Shown: one piece after another, positions 58,041 through 64,000 of the stretch
Position numbering within the stretch: position 1 is the first letter of the stretch
How the letters are laid out: each line of letters begins with the position of its first letter
NCBI GenBank assembly: GCA_050251945.1
Contig: JBFWLW010000001.1
Span: forward strand, 448,001 to 512,000
Direction of reading: 5' to 3'
DNA: 64,000 bases
Source: Deferribacterales bacterium
Lineage (GTDB): Bacteria; Chrysiogenota; Deferribacteres; Deferribacterales; Geovibrionaceae
The notes under the pieces: model-generated
Databases searched by the model: none
What the model saw: the letters and a program-made list of their open reading frames with translations, nothing else
Told to the model about the DNA's origin: nothing
Position numbers and translations under genes: made by a program

Positions 58041-58212
58041 TAGAGCACTTAACGTAAGTTATGACGTATACCGAAAGACGAGATTGCTTCACCCCCTAAA
58101 GGGGTTCGCAAAGACGAATAGAAAACCCGTCTTCGCGAGGAGTACAGCGACGACGCGATCTGGCATTTATCTTATTACACGGCATATGACATCTATTTCG
58201 TTAAATGCTCTA
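58041..58212. mobile_element. 172-bp TIR-bounded MITE carrying REP doublet copy G
   Basis: TAGAGCACTTAACG ... CGTTAAATGCTCTA (13/14 inverted match, TA ends); internal doublet at 58081-58161. Confidence 0.7.
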
Positions 58213-58226
58213 ATCAGAAGAAAAGC

Positions 58227-58880
58227 TTATTTAACGGGATTTATCCAGAGAACATACAGTATCATTGTCATGAAGTGGCAGAAACTGCCGCCCAGAACGA
58301 AGAAGTGCCATATCTCGTGGAACCCGACATGTTTTGAGAGGTTAGGCTTCTTGGTGGCGTACACGACCGCACCGATGGTATAGCAAAGCCCTCCGGCAAC
58401 GAGCCATATAACCCCGCCTGTCGGTATGTTCTTAACAATGGGATATATCGCGACAACGCTGATCCAGCCCATGATGATGTATATCACAGTGGATATAACT
58501 CTGGGCGCGTGAATAAAGAACAGCTTAAAGAAAATGCCCAGAACCGCAATGCCCCAAACAACACCGAATATGCTCCATCCCCAGCCTCCGCGCAGAGGTA
58601 TCAGACAGAAAGGCGTATAGGTTCCCGCTATCATCATAAAGATCATAACGTGGTCAACCTTTTTCAGCCTTCTGGTACCCTTTTCGCCAAGGTTGAAAAT
58701 GTGGTACGCGGCGCTTGCCAGATAAAGCAGAGTCATACTGGCACCGTATATAGAAAATGACACTATGTGCCAAGTAGTTGCATAATAGGAAGAAAGCACG
58801 ACCAGCACAGTCAGTGCGGCGATTGATAAAAGCGCCCCGACAAGATGTGATATGCCGCTTACAGGATCCTTAACAGTCAT
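58227..58880 (-). CDS. hemolysin III / PAQR (TrhA-like) membrane protein
   Basis: SGISH, SAAYH, DHVMIF..IAGTYTP, HEIWHFFVLGG. Confidence 0.9.
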   Translation of the reverse strand: MTVKDPVSGISHLVGALLSIAALTVLVVLSSYYATTWHIVSFSIYGASMTLLYLASAAYHIFNLGEKGTRRLKKVDHVMIFMMIAGTYTPFCLIPLRGGWGWSIFGVVWGIAVLGIFFKLFFIHAPRVISTVIYIIMGWISVVAIYPIVKNIPTGGVIWLVAGGLCYTIGAVVYATKKPNLSKHVGFHEIWHFFVLGGSFCHFMTMILYVLWINPVK

Positions 58881-59053
58881 TATAACCTCCGATATTGAGA
58901 ATCAATCCTCACTCTTCTTCTTATTAATATGTTCGCTTGCTAACAGATTTGTCAATACAAAAATTAGACAAGTACAACCTTTTAGATAAATTAACAAAAG
59001 TTCATTAAGAAAGAACCGCCGCCAGAGCTGACGACGGTGTTTTATCATAAATA

Positions 59054-59983
59054 TCAGCCGTCGGCGTTTATTTTTCTGACAATCTCAGCAAGTTTTTGTT
59101 CGGCATCTTCGTTTGCAATCTGACAGGTTCCGGCGTTCATATGACCGCCTCCGCCGTATTGAAGCATCAGTTCGCCGATATTAGTTTCAGATGTCTTATT
59201 AAAGATGGATTTGCCCGTGGCAAACACCGTGTTCTGTTTTTTCAGTCCCCACATAACATGGATTGATATATTCTGTTCAGGAAACAGCGCATATATCATG
59301 AAGCGGTTCCCCGCATAAATGGTCTCCTCATCGCGGAGGTCAAGCACCACAAGGTTGCCGTGAATCTTTGCACATCTTTTCACCTGATCTTTGAAAAGCT
59401 CCTGCTGTTCGGCATAAAGTTCCGCACGCTCCCGAACGTCCTCATCCTGCATTATGTCGTCAATGGAATGGTCTTTGCAAAGGTCTATCAGTTTCATCAT
59501 AAGCTGATAGTTTGAAATGCGGAAATCACGGAATCTGCCAAGACCTGTTCTGGCATCCATCAGGAAATTCATCAGATCCCAGCCATTGGGGTTCAGCACC
59601 TGCTCAAGCGTGAAATTTGCAGAATCGCCTCTGTCCACCGCTTCCATTATATCGTCACCGATATTCTGAAATTTAGCTTTCCCGCCGTAGTAGTTATAAA
59701 CAACGCGGGCAGCAGATGGAGCTTCGGGGTCTATTATATGGTTCTCTTTTTTGCCCACACGGATGGTTTCGCTCAGGTGATGGTCAAATGCGAGATACAC
59801 CCCGTTGACATAAGGCAGGTTGGTCGTTATGTCGTTCTCAGTTATCTCAATAAGCCCGTCCTGCATGTCTTTCGGGTGAACAAACTTAATGTCGTTAATG
59901 ATATCCATATCTTTGAGAAGGACGGCACAAACAAGTCCGTCAAAATCGCTTCTTGTCACCAGTCTGAATTTTTTCTCTGTCAT
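59054..59983 (-). CDS. DHH-family phosphoesterase (exopolyphosphatase/nanoRNase-like)
   Basis: RSDFDG, FDHH, GGGGH. Confidence 0.85.
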   Translation of the reverse strand: MTEKKFRLVTRSDFDGLVCAVLLKDMDIINDIKFVHPKDMQDGLIEITENDITTNLPYVNGVYLAFDHHLSETIRVGKKENHIIDPEAPSAARVVYNYYGGKAKFQNIGDDIMEAVDRGDSANFTLEQVLNPNGWDLMNFLMDARTGLGRFRDFRISNYQLMMKLIDLCKDHSIDDIMQDEDVRERAELYAEQQELFKDQVKRCAKIHGNLVVLDLRDEETIYAGNRFMIYALFPEQNISIHVMWGLKKQNTVFATGKSIFNKTSETNIGELMLQYGGGGHMNAGTCQIANEDAEQKLAEIVRKINADG

Positions 59984-59985
59984 CC

Positions 59986-60579
59986 TTACTCTCCTTGCAT
60001 AAAATCAACAGCCGTCTCAAGATCGTCTTTTGTATTTATATTTATAAACGATTTTTTCTCGTTTTCCGAGGCTAATATCTCATTTTCGGTCAGATATACC
60101 ACATCTGAGAGGTCAAAAGCCGCTGTCAGACGATAGTTCTCTTCAGCTATCTGCTTCTCAAGTATAGGTATCAGGCTCGGCGCATATACAGAATAAAGCG
60201 GATGCATCTTACCTTCGATAACAGGTACTGCGGCGTCATGCCCCTGACATGCGATCATAAGTTTTTCCGCATGTGCGCTGTTCACCAGCGGGGTATCCGC
60301 CGCAACAACGAAAACATGAGTGTCATAATATTTCAAAGCGGTCAATATGCCAACCATAGGGCATTGCTGATCATAAAGATCACCGGTGCATGGAATATTC
60401 AGAAATAAATATTTCCCGCAGTCCTTGGCGACAACCACCAGCTTCTGAGACCAGTCTGAGATAGCGTCAACAGTATGCTGTATAAGTTTTTTTCCGAAAA
60501 CCTTCTCCAGCGTTTTGTCGGCATTGAATCTGCGGCTCTGCCCGCCCGCCATAATTGCAGTGTTTCTAATCATTTTCAC
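59986..60579 (-). CDS. mobA: molybdenum cofactor guanylyltransferase
   Basis: MAGGQSRRF..DK, ADTP, HPLYSVY, NINT. Confidence 0.9.
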   Translation of the reverse strand: MKMIRNTAIMAGGQSRRFNADKTLEKVFGKKLIQHTVDAISDWSQKLVVVAKDCGKYLFLNIPCTGDLYDQQCPMVGILTALKYYDTHVFVVAADTPLVNSAHAEKLMIACQGHDAAVPVIEGKMHPLYSVYAPSLIPILEKQIAEENYRLTAAFDLSDVVYLTENEILASENEKKSFININTKDDLETAVDFMQGE

Positions 60580-60644
60580 AACCTTTCTTGCATTTTATCA
60601 TTTTTCATCCTACATTCAGTAATATACACACACGGAGGTATATT

Positions 60645-61142
60645 TTGAAACCCTTAGTATCTTTTGTGGGGACATCGGGCTGCGGAAAAACAACTCTTAT
60701 AGAAAAAGTCATACCGCTGCTCACAGCCAAAGGTTACAACGTGTCCACCGTAAAACACGACGCCCACGATTTCCAGATGGACAAAGAGGGCAAGGACACA
60801 TGGAGGCACAAAAAAGCCGGAGCCAGAGCTATCTTAATATCAAACAAAGACAAATATGCTATGATCTGCGATGTTGAAAAAGAAAAATCCATCGAGGAAC
60901 TCACGGCTTTGCTGCCCGACTATACGGATATCATTATAGCAGAAGGATTCAAAAAAGAACTTCAAAAAAAAATTGAGGTTTTCAGAAGCGGATATTCAAC
61001 AAAACTTCAATGCGCGGAAGATGAAAACCTTATAGCGATCGCAACGGATATGCCTGATAATCCGCAGATTCAGGGCAGAATTCTTTTAGACCTCAACAAT
61101 CCGCAGGAAATAACGGATTTCATCATTAAGAACATTCTTTAA
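60645..61142 (+). CDS. mobB: molybdopterin-guanine dinucleotide biosynthesis protein B
   Basis: GTSGCGKTTL, VKHDAH, GKDTWRH, AEGFK; TTG start after GGAGG. Confidence 0.9.
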   Translation: MKPLVSFVGTSGCGKTTLIEKVIPLLTAKGYNVSTVKHDAHDFQMDKEGKDTWRHKKAGARAILISNKDKYAMICDVEKEKSIEELTALLPDYTDIIIAEGFKKELQKKIEVFRSGYSTKLQCAEDENLIAIATDMPDNPQIQGRILLDLNNPQEITDFIIKNIL

Positions 61143-61165
61143 AAACAGTTTTTTTATTTACAACG

Positions 61166-61197
61166 AAAAAAGGCGAACCGTTTGGTCCGCCTTTTTT
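61166..61197. terminator. bidirectional terminator
   Basis: AAAAAAGGCG..CGCCTTTTTT between convergent genes. Confidence 0.75.
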
Positions 61198-61222
61198 AAT
61201 ATGTTTTGCTTTAAACTGAGGC

Positions 61223-62524
61223 TTATTTAATGCCTGCAACGTCTTCAAGCATTTGTGTTGTAACTGATTTGGGACGCTCAATAGCGTAGCCGAGAGCTCT
61301 GTCCCAAGTGATGTTCGCAAGAACACCAAGTGCACGACCGACACCGAAAAGAACAGTGTAGAAGTCATAATCAGTAAGTCCGTAATACCACTGGATAACG
61401 CCGGACTGTGCATCAACGTTGGGCCAGGGGTTTTTAGCTTTTCCGTGCTCCTGAAGGATGCCGGGGGCAACTTCATAGATCATGGAAACGACTTTGAACA
61501 GTTCGTCTTCGGGCAGATATTTCTGGCAGTATTCACGCTGAGAAGTGTATCTGGGGTCGGTTTTTCTGAGAACCGCGTGTCCGTATCCGGGGATAACCGC
61601 ACCGCTTTTCAGAGTGTCCCAAAGGAATTTAACAAGGTCTTCCTTAGTGGGAACTTTTCCGCCGAGTTTCTGATAAACATCCTGAATCCAGCCGAGAACT
61701 TCCTGGTTAGCAAGACCGTGAAGAGGACCTGCAAGACCGTTGATACCGGCAGACAGTGAATAGTAAGCATCGGAAAGAGCAGACGCAACAAGGTGAGTTG
61801 TGTGTGCTGAAACGTTGCCTGATTCGTGATCTGAGTGAAGGATGAAATACATTCTTGCAACATCGTCATAGGGGGGGTTGATGCCCATCATGTGAGCGAA
61901 GTTGCCGCCGAAGTCGAGAGATTTGTCAGAAGCGATGGGGGTATCGCCTTTGTATTTCATTCTGTAAATATATGCAGCTATTTCGGGCAGTTTTGCCAGA
62001 AGGTCAGTTGAATCTTCATACATGGGTTCCCAAGCTGTCATTTTGTTAAAGCCTGAGTTGTAAAATTTCGCGAATTTAGATTCGCGCTGCATAACAAGGA
62101 TAGCAGCAGAGAACATTACCATGGGGTGTTCGTCTCTGGGCATTGCTCTGAGGATGTCGAAAACGTACTGGGGAACCTGAGCGCGGGCTTTGAAGTCTTC
62201 AACAACTTCTTCTGCCTCTGCTTTTGTGGGGACATCGCCTGTCAGAAGGAAATACCAGAAACCCTCAACATAAGGGTAGTCTTTGCCGTTGGGTTTGGGG
62301 AGTTTTTCCATAACTTCGGGGATGGTAAGACCTCTGAAACGTATGCCTTCCATCGGATCAAGGTAGGAGATATCTGTTACGAGAGATTTAATACCTCTGC
62401 CGCCGCCTATACACTGTTCGATTGTGTATTCGCCAAGCTTAACATTGCCGAACTCTTTAAGGAGTTTGGTTGTTCTGGGGCGATGAGCATCGATTTTCTG
62501 TTTGAGTACTTCTTTAAGTCCCAT
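61223..62524 (-). CDS. gltA: citrate (Si)-synthase, eukaryote-like type
   Basis: EGIRFRG, HSDHESGNVSAHTTHLVASALSD, GLAGPLHGLANQE, PGYGHAVLRKTDPR, NPWPNVDA. Confidence 0.93.
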   Translation of the reverse strand: MGLKEVLKQKIDAHRPRTTKLLKEFGNVKLGEYTIEQCIGGGRGIKSLVTDISYLDPMEGIRFRGLTIPEVMEKLPKPNGKDYPYVEGFWYFLLTGDVPTKAEAEEVVEDFKARAQVPQYVFDILRAMPRDEHPMVMFSAAILVMQRESKFAKFYNSGFNKMTAWEPMYEDSTDLLAKLPEIAAYIYRMKYKGDTPIASDKSLDFGGNFAHMMGINPPYDDVARMYFILHSDHESGNVSAHTTHLVASALSDAYYSLSAGINGLAGPLHGLANQEVLGWIQDVYQKLGGKVPTKEDLVKFLWDTLKSGAVIPGYGHAVLRKTDPRYTSQREYCQKYLPEDELFKVVSMIYEVAPGILQEHGKAKNPWPNVDAQSGVIQWYYGLTDYDFYTVLFGVGRALGVLANITWDRALGYAIERPKSVTTQMLEDVAGIK

Positions 62525-62806
62525 TGAAATGCCTCCACTTTTATTGTCGTCAGATTTAAACAGTGTTTATTTTTAGCATTGATGATAGCCTATGTCAACA
62601 CCCAAATTGTATACAGTGTGCATTAATGCATAGAAAAAGCCAATAGCGCAACACCACTAAAATTGCAGTTTTATACTTGTCTGACAATTATTTATTATTG
62701 ACGCAGATGTCAGAGCTATGTCATAATCAAAAAAATAAAGAGATAAAAAAGACGCCATTTCAAATATTGAAATTCGTTTACTCAATCTAATTTTAAACGG
62801 TTAAAA

Positions 62807-63646
62807 ATGTTAGGATTTTTGTTCATAATTTTCAGTGCCTTCACACATTCATTATGGAATGTACTGCTTAAAAGATCAGAAAATAAGTATGCATTCAACT
62901 TTTACATGCATTTTGCAAATATTTCCTTCTTCACTGTGATCTATCCGGTGGTTTTCAGAGACTATTTATATTTTGATAAAGGTGTGGTTATAACCGCCTT
63001 TATAGCTGCTATTTTTTTCTCAATTTACCACCTTTCTGTTTCAACCGCATATAAATACTCTGATGTATCACTTGTTTACCCGCTCACAACTGCTTCGCCT
63101 TTTTTTATTCTGATATGGGCTGTAATTTTTCTTAAAGAACATCTGACAGTTATGGGTCTCTCAGGTGTGATATTGACCGTTTTGGGAACGGCTGTTCTAA
63201 ACCGCGTAAAGGGTAAGTGGGGTGAATTTGGGAAAGGAGCTGTTTTCGCACTTGCCGGGGCGTTCTTCTATTCCTTCGGTGCGCTGCTGGATAAGAAAGG
63301 TGTTTCAGGCGGCAATTTCATACTGTATGTCTATTCGATGTCATTGTTTATGACAATGTTCATATTTGGATATTCTATACGCCGTGGTGAAATCATGTTT
63401 AATTATATTAAAAAAGACAGATGGTGGGTTCTTTTTGCCGGACTTGTTGTGTTTGCGTCATTTATTTCCTACCGATACGGTCTGAACATGGTAAACCTTT
63501 CCTATGCGTCGGCGATAAGACAGGTCAGCACGCTGTTCGGAGTTATCATGGGCATCATCTTTTTCAAAGAAAAGTTCACTCTTTACAAGATCTTAGGCAC
63601 AATCATCATTATGGCGGGAATAGTTCTGATCAAAATTGGCATGTAA
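62807..63646 (+). CDS. EamA/DMT-family transporter
   Basis: About 10 TM helices, HSLWN, DVSLVYPL, FLKE / FFKE repeats. Confidence 0.88.
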   Translation: MLGFLFIIFSAFTHSLWNVLLKRSENKYAFNFYMHFANISFFTVIYPVVFRDYLYFDKGVVITAFIAAIFFSIYHLSVSTAYKYSDVSLVYPLTTASPFFILIWAVIFLKEHLTVMGLSGVILTVLGTAVLNRVKGKWGEFGKGAVFALAGAFFYSFGALLDKKGVSGGNFILYVYSMSLFMTMFIFGYSIRRGEIMFNYIKKDRWWVLFAGLVVFASFISYRYGLNMVNLSYASAIRQVSTLFGVIMGIIFFKEKFTLYKILGTIIIMAGIVLIKIGM

Positions 63647-63663
63647 CTTGATATTACCCTTAT

Positions 63664-63735
63664 CGGTAGCGGAACAACCGCGCCACTGAGACGGAGCTCA
63701 CTGTGAGTGCCGGCAGGAGGCCGGCCTTCCTTCTT
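63664..63735 (+). ncRNA. candidate structured small RNA / attachment-site locus
   Basis: GC-rich island in AT-rich DNA, three short hairpins, three GGA motifs; family not recognised. Confidence 0.35.
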
Positions 63736-64000
63736 AAGATTCTTCTACTATATCATTTATTTGATTATTAGACGCATCTTCAAGTGACCATTTAGTGACC
63801 ATATTTGAAAATTGAGATGTGACTTTTTTTCTGTTTTTGATAAACCTTGCGTAGTGAGTAAATAACATTTTGAGAGATGTGTGACCCAACTGTTTAGCCA
63901 CATCTTCCGGATCGTCACCTTCCTTAAGAGACAAAACAGCAAAAGTGTGTCGGCATTGATAAGGGATGCGGTATTCAATTCCAAGTTTTTTCAGTACCGG
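63734..64000 (-). mobile_element. tyrosine integrase C-terminus; probable prophage or genomic island boundary (continues outside the window)
   Basis: Open frame from the edge: RIPYQCRHTFA...AKQLGHTSLKMLFTHY (R, H, Y catalytic pattern); tandem AGTGACCAT repeats at 63783 and 63794. Confidence 0.85.

Noticed and set aside
62608..62630. Short palindromes (TGTATACA, TGCATTAATGCA) between gltA and eamA
   Set aside because: Plausible operators, but too short to support without comparative data
1..64000. CRISPR array, rRNA, full transposase gene
   Set aside because: No regularly spaced direct repeats, rRNA signatures or transposase motifs were seen by eye

Overview
Bacterial chromosomal window, mostly housekeeping. 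Gene content and style suggest an anaerobic respirer, possibly Deferribacterota; this is inference only. It holds a complete trpEGDCFBA operon with an unannotated Trp-Trp-Trp leader peptide and attenuator, a ModA-like lipoprotein/PAS kinase/HD-GYP operon, and a five-gene NosL-like/ABC/Cys-rich membrane cluster with no nosZ in the window. Core genes include mutS2-cvpA-yqeY-pduO-pfkA, yicC-gmk-rpoZ-coaBC-udg, proVWX, carA-mltG, a long GAPDH, glyA under a ZTP riboswitch, mobAB and a eukaryote-type citrate synthase. There is a tRNA-Leu(CAA) followed by a GGA-rich tRNA-linked repeat and a low-GC PIN-domain gene. The window ends in the C-terminus of a tyrosine integrase next to a structured candidate sRNA. 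The most striking non-coding signal is a family of seven CGTC-type palindromic doublets. Two of them sit inside a 142-bp MITE that has duplicated a whole terminator hairpin as its target site, and a third sits inside a different TIR-bounded MITE. No CRISPR array or rRNA was seen.
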